Of a stretch of DNA of 64,000 nucleotides, positions 27,939-41,316 are shown one piece after another; the stretch's first letter is position 1, and every line of letters starts with the position of its first letter. The notes below the pieces were generated by a model. It made no database searches and was not told the DNA's origin. It was given only the letters and a program-made list of their open reading frames with translations. The translations under genes and the position numbers were made by a program. The stretch comes from Azolla caroliniana. Lineage: Eukaryota; Plantae; Polypodiophyta. The stretch covers positions 6,944,001-7,008,000 of the forward strand of contig JBHGNT010000010.1 in assembly GCA_043228905.1 (NCBI GenBank). The letters run 5' to 3'.

Positions 27939-30900
27939 TCATGCCCGTAACATACTCCCCCTCTTTAAAACATTGCACTCTTGCAATGGAAAGTTAGGGA
28001 AGTTAGTTCTAAGAGTATTTTCGCGTTCCCATGTGGCATCTTTTATTGATTTATCCATCCATTTTATTTTAAATTCTCGGATTTCTTTAGTACGTAATTT
28101 TTTTGTTTTAACATCGAGAATTCTTTCTGGTACATGTGGTTTAGAAGATAATTCTTCAGAAGTAACCAGAGTTTCAGTCGTAACTGTATTGTCGCCAGAA
28201 CCTAGAAGTTCTTTTAGACGACTCACATGAAAGATTGGATGAATTCCGACACCATCGGGAAGAGCGAGACGATAGGCTGATGACCCAATTCGTTTGAGGA
28301 CTGTAAAAGGTCCACAAAACCGTGGGGCTAACTTAGCGCACTTACCCGTAGACAATGTCTTAGAATTGTGAGGTACACGTAAAAATACCTTCTGTCCAGG
28401 GTTGAATACACGAGGTTGCCTATGATGATCGGCATAAAAACGCGCTCTATCTTGAGCTGTTTTTATATTATCTCGTGCAATATGCAACATATCTTGCATA
28501 TCCCGAAGAAAGTTTTGCGTACTTCGCAACTCATCATGATGTATATTAACATCAATCGGGGCTCGTGGCTGAAAACCATACATCAACATAAAAGGACTAT
28601 ATCCCGTCGACGTATGCTTGGAGCTGTTATAAGCAAACTCCAAAATTGGGAGATAACGTTCCCATTTTGTTGGTTTTGCACCAACGTATGCTCGAAGCAT
28701 GTCCTCAATAATTTGATTTACTCGTTCTGTCTGTACATCGGATTGAGGATGATCCGTGGAGCTCATGCTCAACGTAGTTTCTAACTTCTTAAAGACTTGT
28801 GTCCAGAAGTCACTAGTAAACTTTGGATCTCGATCACTCACGATATCCATCGGTAACCCATAAAAACGAAACAATTCGTCAACAAATTGGTAAGCCAATT
28901 CAGGAGCTGTTACCGTGGTTTTAGTAGCAATAAATCTAGCCATTTTAGTTAGTCGATCAACGACAACCCAGATGGCATCATGACCTTTTTGGGTGCGAGG
29001 AAGGCTAACAATAAAATCCATGGATATACTTTCCCACTTATTATTGGGAATGTCCAAGGGATGTAAAAGTCCTGCGGCTTTAAGTCGCTCGGCTTTGTTA
29101 ACCTGACACTGGTGACATTTAGTCACATAGCTATGTATGTCAGGACGCATCTTAGGCCAATAAAATTGAGTGGAGATGAGAACGAGTGTACGATGTATTC
29201 TAGGGTGCCCTGCTGAGGGTGCATCATGGCATTCAAAAAGAATCCTCTTTTTGACCTCGGTTAAATCTGGAACACAAACCTTCCCATTACGGTAGAGCAA
29301 ACCGTTAGCAATGTCGAAGTATTCCTTCGAGGATGTGGTGGTGTCTGTTCCAGACTCAACTCTTGCCCAGTATTTTGCGAAATAACTGTCATCAGGATAC
29401 TTTCCTCGAAGGTGATCATAAAGATCTGATGATATTTCAGTGAAGCTAAGCGTGTTAACTTCACGGATGCGACTTAGTGCATCAGCGACAATGTTCATGG
29501 AACCTTTACGATATCGTATGGAAAAATCAAAGTCCTGGATGAGATCAGCCCATCATGCCTTACGACCTTTCAGGTCTTGTTGGTCACAAAAATATTTCAA
29601 GGACTCGTGGTCCGTAGTTACCACAAAGTGATTTCCATAAAGATAATGGCGCCATGTTTTGAGCGCATGTATAACTGCAAGTAATTCCTTTTCTTGAACG
29701 GTATACCGACATTGAGCAGAATCAAGTTTCTCACTCTCGAATGCTATTGGTTTACCATCTTGATACAAGACAGCACCTATAGCATAATCGCTTGCATCGG
29801 TTTCAACCTCAAAAGGTTTTGAAGGATCAGGTAAAAGAAGTGAAGGAGCCTTGCAAACTAGGTCCTTGAGTTCCTTAAATGCAAGGTCTAGTGTAGCATT
29901 CCACACAATAGGTTTTGTAGACTTACGTGTTTGACCTTTTAAAAGATCAGTAAACGGCGTCGTCAATTGGGAGTAATTACGAAGAGACTTTCGCAAAAAC
30001 CCCACAAAACCAAGGAATGATCGAACTTCTCGAATATTCTGAAGAGTGGGCCAAAGCTTGATTTTCTCAATGCGAGAAGGATCAATTTCAACTCCTCGTT
30101 CGGTTATGAGATGTCCTAGATAAGTAATTGATTTCTTGAAGAACTCACATTTTGAGATCTTCGCATAAAACTGTTTGTCACGCAATGTTTGTAAAACAAA
30201 GCGGACATGTCTAGCATGTTCTTGTAATGTACGGCTATAAACTAAAATATCATCCAAGAAAATAACGACAAATTTTCCAAGTTGTTCTCGGAAAATGTCA
30301 TTCATTTCTTGTTGAAAAGTAGCCGGAGCATTGGTCAAACCAAAAGGCATAACCAAAAACTCGTAATGGCCATAGCGCGTACGAAATGCCGTTTTAGGAA
30401 CATCGTCCTCACTTATTCGTATTTGATGGTAGCCAGTACGGAGATCAAGTTTCGTAAAATACCGAGCTCCCTGGAGACGGTCAATTAGATCGTCAGCCCG
30501 GGGCAATGGATACGAATTCTTGATCGTCACTTTATTCAAGCGTCGGTAATTAATACACATACGCCATGTGCCCTCTTTCTTTTTAACCAAGAGAACTGGT
30601 GCACCCCATGGAGATTTACTATAACGTATATAACCCATTCGTAAATAGTCCTTGAGTTGCTTAGATACCTCATCTTCTTCGGATCGACTTAAGCGATACG
30701 GAGGTATACTTATTGGTGCAACACCAGGTACAATATCTATACGATGGTCTATATTACGTTTAGGAGGTAACCCATCAGGTAGTTCACTTGGAAAAACATC
30801 ATGAAAATCATTTAAGATTTCATCAAGTTGTTGTTGTTCAAAATATGTTAATTGAATCGGGACATTATCGATATTGTAAACGTGAATGTCCGGATCAAGT

Positions 30901-32372
30901 ACACAATAAAATAACGTAGAACAAGACAACTCGGATATTGATGGACACGAGGAAACAATCGAGAGGGATTGTTTTTTTACACATTGAATAAAATGCGTAC
31001 AATCGTTCAGTACAAAAGAAATGGAATGACGAACCCAATCAATAAATAAAGAAGAGTTTTTATTATAAAACCAGGGATAACCCAGTATTACATCGGTGGT
31101 ACAAAGATTCATTACATGGAAGTCTACTTCCTCTATATAAGTATCAATAGAAATTCCTAATGAATGAATCGCCCCGTTGATGTATTGTACTCTTCCATCA
31201 GCCAAGTGCACCGTGTAGGTGTGATCACTTACAGTGGGTTGGATTCCCCATATCTGAACCAAACGATCATTCACAAAATTGTGTGAGCTTCCCGAATCAA
31301 ATAAAAACTGTACGGGAGATCCATTGATATACCCGTTTGCACGTAGTAAATCATTGGGACCCAATACATAGTGAGGGAAAGAACATTGACAATTACTTAA
31401 ATGATGTGTATAGACCTGAAGGACATTAGGAATCTGACCTTTATGGTCTACAGCATTAGCTTTGTTGTCGTGCTCTTTCCGTTGGAGCTTTCGACATTGA
31501 TCTTTTGTATGACCCTTCTTTTTGCAGAATACACAAAAAGGATGTTGTCGCTTACAATCGCGATCCAGGAATTCGTTGGGTGTCTTGCGTTTCCCAACAA
31601 ATTGCGACTGCTTAGTCCCGGGCGCTTCGTTGGGTTTGTTATGGTCATTCTTCGAAGTGCGTTGATAGCGAAGAACTATTTCAACGGCCTCTTCGAAGGA
31701 TTTTGGATCCTTATCGTGCACTATCTAGTGATAGTCCGAATTGGGGATGCCATTGACAAAACAAGCTATCAACCAATTGTCCCCTTCTAGACCCGATTTT
31801 TGGATTTGGGTTCTAGCATGGTGAACATAGTCTTCTAGCGAGGAAAATTTCCTGCTAGAGAGGTTCATTAAAGCTTGTGCTGCCTCGGTTCGAGAGGGAG
31901 GTTGCAGAAATTGGCCCTTAAAAACCGTGACAAAATCTGTCCAGGTATCGGGCAATTTCCCCATAGTACGGAGGCCACGCCACCAGGCGGCGGCCTTACC
32001 CCCGAGTTCTCGGCCGACATATGCAATCTTCGTACTATCTGGCGTGGGATAGAGCTCAAAATGAGACTCCCATCGTCCCAGCCATGTGCAGATTGCTTCT
32101 TCGGTTCTTTCCTTTTTGTCTCCCGTAAATGGCTTAACGACAAATGATGGTTCACCTTGTCGCTCATCAGGTCTATTAGTCTCACGTTGTAGACTAATGA
32201 CACGTGCCTCAAGAGCACTCTGAGATTGCCGAAGTTCGGTCATCTGTTGAGCGGTGAAACTAAGGTATTGGGTTATTTGTGCCAAATACATCTCAGTGGA
32301 CATTTGTCCAGGAGGATTCCCTTGAGTTCCTTCCGCTTGAGCGGATGACATCGGGTCGTTAATTTGAGCCAT
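27939..32372 (-). pseudogene. gag-pol of chromovirus D: one reading frame with two premature stops (TAG 31725-31727, TGA 29553-29555)
   Basis: ORFs 31725-32372, 29553-31721 and 27939-29498 share one frame. Motifs: Zn knuckle [43 protein letters not shown] with SMDF/SDRD/TERVN, GPF, and chromodomain PERILD...IKW...DATWE. The ORF ends inside the 3' LTR. Confidence 0.93.
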
Positions 32373-33544
32373 TAAAGATTATTTCTGGAAAAGAAATAGG
32401 ATAAGGTCAGAGATATAGTCATAACATCTTGTCGTGATGTAAACATATCATGGGCGAGCATTAATCGATATCATTATCTCACGTCAATACCCCTCTAGAC
32501 GTATGAGATGAGGTTCAAGATCAGGTTACTATGGTAACACAAAGGTGTTTTAAAAACCATGGGGGTGACAAATAAATGTCTTTCCCTGATCTCTATATCG
32601 ATTTTTTCATGGTGGCTCCCCGAGGCTCAACCATGTATGTTCGCGTCATGAATAGTTTATACACGAAAAAAATGTTAACAATAAACTATGTTTCGGTGCC
32701 CACATAAGTGGTTTCGGCTCTTTAAGTCCTATTACGAGGACCCCGAGGTGCACTTAGACCTTAAGTCTAAACATGTGTTATAGTCATATGTATCAAGGAT
32801 GTTGTATGGTCTTGGTCATATTTGAACTCGAGACCTCGAGAACAAATACATTAAACACTTGAGCCAACCAAGTAAGTTGCTCTTCTCGAATATTTAATGT
32901 TTGATGCGTATAAGAGATATGCGAGGCAATCGAGCATATACGTTTTTTTAAAAGAACATATATGTCAATGGTCCTTATTTCGCCCTCATTTACCAAAACT
33001 ATGTTGGTACGTTACCTAACCTCAAGTCTCGTAATTACGATGGCATACGCCAAAGTGCAACCTAATGGTCAAGCCAAATGAGCCCTTGTTTCGTAGTAGG
33101 CTCACGTGGGCCATCACATGGTCACGTCATTACGAATGCCTCTCGTAAGAACGAGCTCATGGTGGCATCGTATCCATGTAACGAGGGAGGGATGTTGGAT
33201 ACGTGCGTCATTGGAGCGACCTCACTTGAAGTGGGTCAAGCCCTACGTACTCAACATCATTTTGGCTATTCGCGTTTCTTTACGTAACGAAATCGAGGTC
33301 GTCAATGGGGTTATCAACAATAAAAAAATGTTGAAAAAGGGATGGTGACAACGCCATTCTCACAAAAATGTGAGGACGGCCACCAACATCCTTTTCCCGA
33401 CAAGGACAACTTTCGATATAATCACGTAATAACGAATATACACATATGTTTACTTATCACATATATACGATCAAATACATATATATGTGACCACATATGC
33501 CTATATTAAACATATCGTTATATTAAATAGCCACAAATGATGTG

Positions 33545-33810
33545 ATCGAGATACGTAATCGAGGTATATACCTCTACGCACACGAAACATCCACAAATAA
33601 GAGATCATCGTAATACGCAATGGAGGTATTGACCTCTTACGCATACGAGACCAAACGCATATCGTTTACAACAAATCAAGGTATTAAACTCATACGCAAA
33701 CGTAACATATGTTCGTGATCGTAATACGTAATTGAGGTATTAACCTCGTACGCATACGACACTCATCACATATTATTAATATGTCAAACGAGGTATTGAC
33801 CTCGTGCACA
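33545..33810. repeat. Array of five palindromic GAGGT-N4-ACCTC units in the 5' leader of D
   Basis: Cores at 33561, 33623, 33678 (degenerate), 33734 and 33790; spacing 62/55/56/56 nt. Confidence 0.8.
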
Positions 33811-36405
33811 TATGTAAACGTTTTAGATAATCAATTAAAGACCACTACAACATCATTGACTTAATGAAAAAAAATTACATATAAACTAAACACATGATTA
33901 GATGGGAGAAGAGAGAATAGAAAGAAAAATTATGGAAAGAGTTACCGAAGTTCTTTGTTGATCGTTGTCTGGATCAAGGCCAACCGCACAACGATCGATC
34001 AGCATCAATCAAAAGATAAATGAAAAACAAAGAAACATTAGTACAAAAATCTGATACCAAATATTATAGATCTTGGTACTAACATAAGCTTAAGATAAGG
34101 ATAATGAAAAGATAGATAGAAAGGAGAAAGAGAAAGAAGGGTGCCGATCCACCCGACCACCCCCGAGCGAAGGGATCGAGACGGACTCGAGCCTCGATCG
34201 GCGTCCCATACCACCGCCGTGGCGTCGAGTCGTACCTGGTGCTGGCGCGCTCGCTACAAGAGTTGACCCACCACACGAGCAGAGTCTCGATGTAGTCAAA
34301 AGATGATCAAATGAGGGTAGCTAGGCCTCTTATTTATAGCGAAACCCAAGGCCCCCAGGCAAGTTCACACTTGACCTAATGGGTTGTCTCAATCCCGAGG
34401 ATTAAAAGTAATCCTCCCCTTCTTTACACTCTCATTTAACCCTCACACTTATCCACGTGTATAGAATACTACGGTAAATTCTTACCACGGGATATTATAT
34501 GGTCATGCCCGTAACAATAGTTCTGTAGCCATCTTAGCCTGTTTTTGGGCTATTTTTATCTTTCGGGCCATGTCTTTGGCTGCCCGCGTAGTGCGATCCA
34601 GGTCCCGATATGCCTCGATAAGGGCTGTGTTCAACTCGGGGACTTCCATGAGGAGAGCGGCCTGTTTTGCCTGCTTCTTCCTCCCGATTTTTTGTAAAGC
34701 CCTGTCCTCCTGGGGCTCAATTTCACCTATTAGCACGCGTTGAATCATTTTTGTTTCGGTGTGCTCCTCCGCCATTCGAGCGGCTGCCGCGACTTGGGCT
34801 CTAGCGAGGAAGTCGACCAACTCGAATGACATACCGAGGCGTAGGAGCGCACTAAATTCGTAAGCCTCCGCGGGGAGGTCCTTATACCCGAGGACTTCAT
34901 CCTCCGAGATCTGCGTTGTCTGCCCATGCTCGATCGTTCCCTGGTTCAGCGATGCCTCCTCAGGGGTGATGGCCAGGTTGCTCTGTTTGACCACTAAGGC
35001 TTGCTCCTGTTGTGGCTCTGTCTGTTCTTCCAAGGACTCGCGGTTGAGTCGTCTTCTCTTGCTTGGCTGTGTTTGGGGTTCCGAGGCCGGTAGTGTCGTT
35101 TCCTCCGCCTGCTTCCTTTTCTGGGGTCGTGGTGGTGCAGCCTGCTGTGTGTTGGGCGTGGGCTAGGTTCTGGGGACGTTACCGAGGGGCGCGACGTTGG
35201 CTGTCGAATGGTGACGTCATCGGCCGTGTTGTCTTCCGCGGCTACCTCCTCCTCCCATTCTTGGCAGGTCTCGGAAACTACCCTTTTTTGTTGGGGTTGG
35301 GCGGGTGGTGGTGCAGATGCGGTTTTTTGGTTGGCGGCAGGGGGTGAAGGTGATGTGGGCTCCTCCCATGGTTCGTGGCTGATGGCCACGAATTTCTCTC
35401 TCTGCCTTCATGGTGGTGGTGGGGACGTGAGTGTGCGAGGGGAAGGAAGCGAAGAGGGTGGGTATAGAACCATCAAAAAGTGGGTAAGAACAGACAACAT
35501 CTTCTTACCGGACTGAAATGAAGCTAAGGCGGCGCGGAGTCCCTCGCCTGTGATGATTCCCCAATCCATTCTGTTTCCTTCATACGCGCTGATGATGATG
35601 GCTGCCTTGTTCTGCGGCATGCTCGTTGGGTTCGTATGCATGAACGCATACTCCATTAATATAGGAGCAATCTCCCCGAAAGCTTTGTTTGGACCGCCAT
35701 ACGTGCGATATGCCTTCCCTGAGGCTGAGTACTCACCGAAGTACGCCTTCATCTTTGATGCCGGGGGTATGTCGACCTCATGGTCCCCTCCCCGTTGCAG
35801 GTCCAAAACAGCCCGAAGCACGTTATTGGTGATAGCTTCGGGACTTATACGTTTAGCCACAGTTTGGGCATCTGGGTGCACGGGGGCATCGATGATCTTC
35901 AGGTAACCGCCCATTCCTCATTCCTGGAGCCAGGCGCGGGTTTCTGTTGAGGCGGTAAGAGGCATGGTGGAGATGGAGATGGGGTTTGACTGTGTGGAAG
36001 CGTGAAGCAAAGTGATGAGATGAGGGCGAGCCACAGGAGGAACAGCAGGAAGGGGAAGTCCAACAGAGGGGTTATGAGAGTGAAAGAGGGCTTGAGAGCA
36101 AGAGCGCTTAGCATGATGAGGGCGAGACAGGGTTTCTGAGCTTGAGAGCGATGGAGATGGGGAGCGATAATGGTCTGTGCTGCGTTTTGGAAACGGTTTT
36201 AGTAACTTACTCCTAGGGTTTTGTGCCTGAAGCGAATCCTGAAGATTCTGAGTCGTGGGTGCCATAATAAGTGACTAGCACCACGTGTCCTAAAGGTGAG
36301 TGGGGTGCTTCTAGTGCTTTGCATGTGCTTAAATAGGTACTAACTGAGTGGTGGCGAGGGGTGCTCCTAAAATTGTGGGTGCCTAGGTGGGTGGTGTAGG
36401 TGTAG

Positions 36406-39400
36406 CTAATCAGTGGTTAAACTATGGTTAATCCTACCTACTACTACTTTTATTAATTTCAAGAAGGTGGGTGAGTCCTTATTCAGGGGGACACGTGGCG
36501 TCCTCCGTGGTGATCTCCCGAGTCTTGTTTGTGCCGTGTGGCTCGGTAAACGGGTTGGGTGGTGTAGTCCCTCGATATGGTCGAAGTCGAAAACCATTGG
36601 CCCAGCTTTTGACCGTGTCGCCGGCGAGTGTGCCGAGCTGGAACGTCCCGTTGAACTCGTCGATAATCTAGAATGGACCGGTCCACCGAAATCTTAATTT
36701 TCCCGGCATTGACCCGAGTCGTGTTTGGAAAAGAAGAACTGGTTTGCCGATGGTGAGCTCCTTCTCCAACCCATGTCGATGTCGATCCACGAAAGCCTTG
36801 CGTTGCCGTTGGCGTTGTTCGAGCTGGGCCATACTCTCTATCCTATCTTCCCCGAGTTCGAGGAGTTGTTCCAGCCGGTATTGCTCGGATTCGGCCTCGG
36901 GAAGCCGTGCTTTGACTTGAACTCGGAGGCTCGGGACTTGGAACTCGACGGGCATTACGGCTTCTAACCCGAACGCCATTCGAAAGGGGGTCGATTGGAT
37001 GCTTGTTTTGAAAGTCATACGATACGCCCACAACGCACTCTGGAGTTTGTCATCCCAATCGGTCCTGTTTTCATTGACGATCTTCTTCAGTATGGTTTGG
37101 AGGATTTTATTGGTCGATTCTGCCAAGCCGTTCGCCTGCGGGTAGTATGGTGTGCTTTTCTTGTGCACCACGCGTAGTGGTGTGTAAGCTCACGTATTAT
37201 ATGATTGATGAAGTGCCCACCTTGGTCACTAACAAGCTCGATTGGACATCTGTAACGGCACCAGAGGTGCTCGTACACAAATTTAGTCGTGGATGCCGCC
37301 GTGTTATCCCGGAGTGCCTTAGCCTCGACCCATTTGGTGCAGTAATCCGTGGCAACGATAATATACCTATTCCCTGTTCGGGCCGCGGGTGGTTTGAAAG
37401 GGCCTACAAAATCCAAACCCCATTTTTGAAATGGGTCCAACGGAAGAATCAGCTGGTGTGGCATCCGTGACTGTTCCATTGGTTGCTCCAGACGTTGGCA
37501 CAAATCGCATTGCCGGCAAAACTCGTGAGCGTCTTTCTTCGTTGTCGGCCACCATAATCCACTTTGCCAAACTTTCCTTGCCATGGAATCCCCAGCGTAG
37601 TGTCCCCCAGCTACTCCCTGGTGGGCTTCTTGAAGAACGGCGTTCTTCTCGAATTGCCAAATCGCTCGGCGCCATATGCCGTCCGAGCCTTTGTGGTAGA
37701 GAATGTCCGAGACGAGGCAAAAATTCCGGCTACGCACTGCTAGGCGTTTTCTCGTGTACACCGGTAGTGAGAAAATGGGTCATCTCCGTGATCCATTCAT
37801 CTCCGTTATCGTCTGGTACCGTGGTCAAGTAAAATAGGCTAGTGTCTGGTAGCTCGTCGTACGTTGTTTTCGTCGGTTCTCCTGACTCAAGATGGCTCAA
37901 GTAGTCGGCGACGGCATGTTGTACCCCGGGTCGATGCTGAATCTGAAAATCAAACTCTTGTAGTAGGAGCATCCACCGAGCCAACCGTCCGGTGAGGGCT
38001 TGTTTATTGACCAAATAAAGAAGGGCCGAGTGATCCACGTGAAAGGTAAATTTTCGGCCCAAGAGGTAATGCTGAAATTTATTGATGCTATAAATCATAC
38101 CGAGGGTCTCCCGCTCGGTGGTGGAGTAATTCTTTTCCACAGTCGAGAGCCGTCGGCTGGCGTAGTACACGGGCCTATACCAATTCGGGGGTGCGCATTG
38201 CATCAGGGCACTTCCGATGGCGATGTCCGAAGCATCTACGAAGACATGAAACGGTTCGGACCAAACCGGAGACTAGACCACCGGGGCATGTGACAACATT
38301 CGTTTCAGGGTCTGATAGGCCGTGTCCTCGGCTAACGTCCATTGGAAAGGAAGGTGATGGACTGCCGCGTGTAAGGGTGTCGCGAAATCGGCCAGGTGTC
38401 GTATCATTCGGCTGTGCCACCGTATCTGTCCCAAAAAACGGCTTAGTGCCTTAGCGTTCGAGGGTGCGGTGGCATTCAGGATTGCCTTTACTTTATCTGG
38501 GTCCATAGTGATGCCTTCTTGACTGACAATGTGGCCGAGAAGGTTGTCGTTGGTGATTAAGAACGCGCATTTCGCCGGGTTTAAACTCAATCGAGCTTGG
38601 CGACATCGGTCCAGGCAGAGTCGTAACTGGGTCATGTGTTCCCGTCGATGGCCATACACGGCGAAATCGTTTAGAAAGACTTGCATGAACGCCGGGATGT
38701 AGTCATGAAAGATTTCGGTGATGATGCGCTGGAACGTAGCCGGCGCCGTTTTTAGACCGAACATCATAACTTCTGCTACAAAAACACCCCATTCCGTGAC
38801 GAAAGCGGTTTTCTCCTGATCCTCCGGGTGCATTCTTATCTGGTTATAGCCGCTGAACCCGTCGGGGAAACTGTAGCATTCGTGGCCGGCTACCGTGTCG
38901 AGGACCCTATCCGTGAATGGGAGAGGGAAACCGTCGGTGACTGTTGCCGCGTTAAGCTTCCGATAGTCGATGCAGACACGGATTTTTCCGTTCTTCTTTG
39001 GGACCACTACGATTGGGCTCAACCATGTAGCCCGTTTAACAGGGCGAATGAAGCCCACTCGGAGTAGTTTGTCAATTTCCTCTTTGACTTTAGCGGCATA
39101 GTTGGGGTTCATCCTGTAGCGCCTCTGCTGAACCGGCCGAGTGTCGGGTAAGATGTGAATTTGATGTTGGTAGTATTGAGGATCCAGCCCCTTCATATCG
39201 GTGTAAGACCAAGCGAAAACATCCTGGTAGTCGGTGAGTAATTTTATGAGGCATGCCCGTTCGCCGGTTGGTAGATTATTGGCAATTTGTACCGTACGGG
39301 GATTCTCGTCCGAACCGAGGTTTATTGTTTCCAGGGTTGATGCTTTCACTCGTTGTGAAATGGCGAGTTCGTGTTCGAAAGCCTCCCGAGCATGACGTAG

Positions 39401-41316
39401 CTCGGCAACTGTGGTTGCATCTGGTTCATCTTGGGGTGGTGACTCCTCCGTGACTTCCTCGTCTTTAGATGGCTCGATGGTTGGTAAGGCATTGATTTCG
39501 AAGAGAGGGATGATCGTGGGATGATCATCTAGGAAGTCATCGACCTCCTCATCGGCCAACCCGTCGAGCATATGGACCCCTTCCGCGTATAACGACGAAG
39601 TGTTGAGGGCGACGGGGACTCGTTCTTCAGTGATGATTCTGACTTTTGTCTTTCCTCTTCGGAATGAGATCATGTTGCGTTGCCAATGTTGCTTGATATT
39701 CGTTGTACGCAACCATGGTCGACCTAGTAACATTGGGTAGGCGCCTTGTGTCTCCAGTCGTAGCACGACGGCCGAGATCGTGAACATGTGGCCTCCGAGT
39801 GTGAAGTCGAGATGGCGGATTAAACCAATGGGGCGAACGGAGCGGGTGTCGGCCATCCAAAGCCAAAAGGGGCATGGTTCCCATTGATTCAAGCCTAGGT
39901 TGAGACACGTTGACTCGCTAATAACGTTTACGCCGGATCCGTCGTCGATGATGCATCCGTGCAGGTCTTGTCCCTTAATGATGATTCACACGGCTGGGTT
40001 CTGAGAATCCATGAGTGGTGGACCGGTTCCTGCTTCGGTGAGGTGTACCGGTGGTGTCACGGCCTTAGTATTGGCCTGGAGTGCCGCTAGGGTGTCCCGA
40101 AATCTCGGCATGAGTGGTAGCAGTTTATGTAGGGGCAGCGAGATGCGGGAGTTGGTAAGAACATCCCATAGCTGGTCGTCCTCCGACGACGTGGATGGTG
40201 CCGGGGTTTGTGGTACTTCACTGGGCCCGTCCCTCATGTCAGTTTGCATGCGTGCGGCATTATTTTTATTGGCCGTGTCGACCCATTCTTTTGCTGCCTG
40301 TCGTACATCATCCTAGATTTGCCACTGAGTAGTCTGCGCTTTACTCCGGGTAGTGACCGTTTGAACATCGGCCATGATATTGTTCACCACGGGTGCCTTG
40401 CCACGGTTGGTTGTCGGATATTGCGTGGCGTAGTGGCCTGGTTGATTACATTTAAAACATGTCACGTTGGTCGAGCTGCTGGTGTCCGCTCGGTCTGTGT
40501 GTGGAAGCTGTTGTTGTTGATTCTCGGTCTCGTTTGGTGGTGGGTTGTTCCGAGGTGCGTTGGAGTTGCGCTGGTCATGTTGAGGAGCGTCCCGTCGGCG
40601 GTTGTGATTAGGTCTTCTATTGTTGCGTGTGTTGCGGTTGCCGTTTCGCCGATCAATGCGTGAGTTCCTTCGGTCATACCGATCATCGCGATCGTCATCG
40701 TATCGAGCATAATTGTCGTGCCGGTCATCGCGATAATAATCACGACGGTTATCACGTTGGTAGTCGTCGTCTCGGCGCCATCGATCCGGGGATCGCGGTT
40801 GGTCGTTATCCTGGTCTCGGTAGATATATCGCTAGTCCTGCCGAGAGTATGTATTTCGTGGCTCGATCTAGCGGACCGGTGCCGCCGTTGTGCGGTTCAG
40901 CATATTATATTCGCACTGCTCGACCGTGTGAGCTCAAGATTGACAGATCGGACACTGTGGTCGGTGGGGACATTCGAGGGCCAGGTGCCCTGATACTGAA
41001 CATGCAGTGCATTGGAGGGCTTGGCGAAAGCGATTGTCCTCTTGGGGAAGAGCGTTTTGCAAGGATGTCATTGAGAAGGCCGTGCCGTGCTGGTTTCGAT
41101 CGAGGGCGAGAACGTGCGCTATGACTTGTTCGATAGTATGGTTGGCGAAATTTGTAAGTGCGAGAGTCGTTCGTAGAGGCTCTCGTAAACTAGATAGGAA
41201 AGTGTCTGGTATATGTTGTGCCGAGACATCATCGGCCACTTGTCTGTAGAGATCCTGGAACCGGATCGAGAGAAGAATTGCCGGAGCAGTTCCCGTTTAG
41301 GCACCTCGTGATGAAA
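36406..41316 (-). pseudogene. gag-pol of element C (5'-truncated gag, PR, RT, RNase H, integrase; no chromodomain, no additional RNase H seen)
   Basis: Gag Zn knuckles CTACSVSGHLALEC and CPICQS*AHTVEQC. RT WLSPIVVVPKKNGKIRVCIDYRKLN...DGFSGYNQI, with the catalytic motif mutated to FLND. RH DHSALLYL...ADYLS. INT WGLDFVGP...DYCTKWVEA...SDQG, STPYYPQANG, WTGPF. Several frameshifts and stops. Confidence 0.92.

Larger units (their letters stand above)
27498..34516 (-). mobile_element. Full-length Ty3/gypsy chromovirus D (7019 bp); LTRs 27498-27952 and 34062-34516; TSD ATAGT
   Basis: Apparently identical 455-bp LTRs. ATAGT at 27493-27497 and 34517-34521. PBS TGGTATCAGA (tRNA-iMet) at 34059-34050. 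PPT AAAGAGGGGGAGTA at 27966-27953. Confidence 0.97.
25883..35965 (-). pseudogene. Extra ORF of element C (about 1020 aa reconstructed), split by element D: segments 35965-34517 and 27492-25883
   Basis: Removing D and one TSD copy gives in-frame MATELWHAANQKLAAWEQNRPEQQLLSLPITTTEA, joining the 516-aa coiled-coil ORF. The upstream segment has in-frame TGA stops at 35918 and 35408 and one frameshift near 35170. Confidence 0.85.

Noticed and set aside
25330-27952. LTRs of C and D are both exactly 455 bp
   Set aside because: No sequence similarity beyond the terminal bases, so treated as coincidence.
31719-31730. Programmed stop-codon readthrough at the TAG in D
   Set aside because: The TAG lies within gag upstream of the zinc knuckle, not at the gag-pol boundary. 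It is best explained by CAG>TAG, and a second stop lies in RNase H.
33545-33810. CRISPR-like repeat-spacer array
   Set aside because: Eukaryotic retrotransposon leader, degenerate repeats, spacers partly related to one another, and no cas genes.
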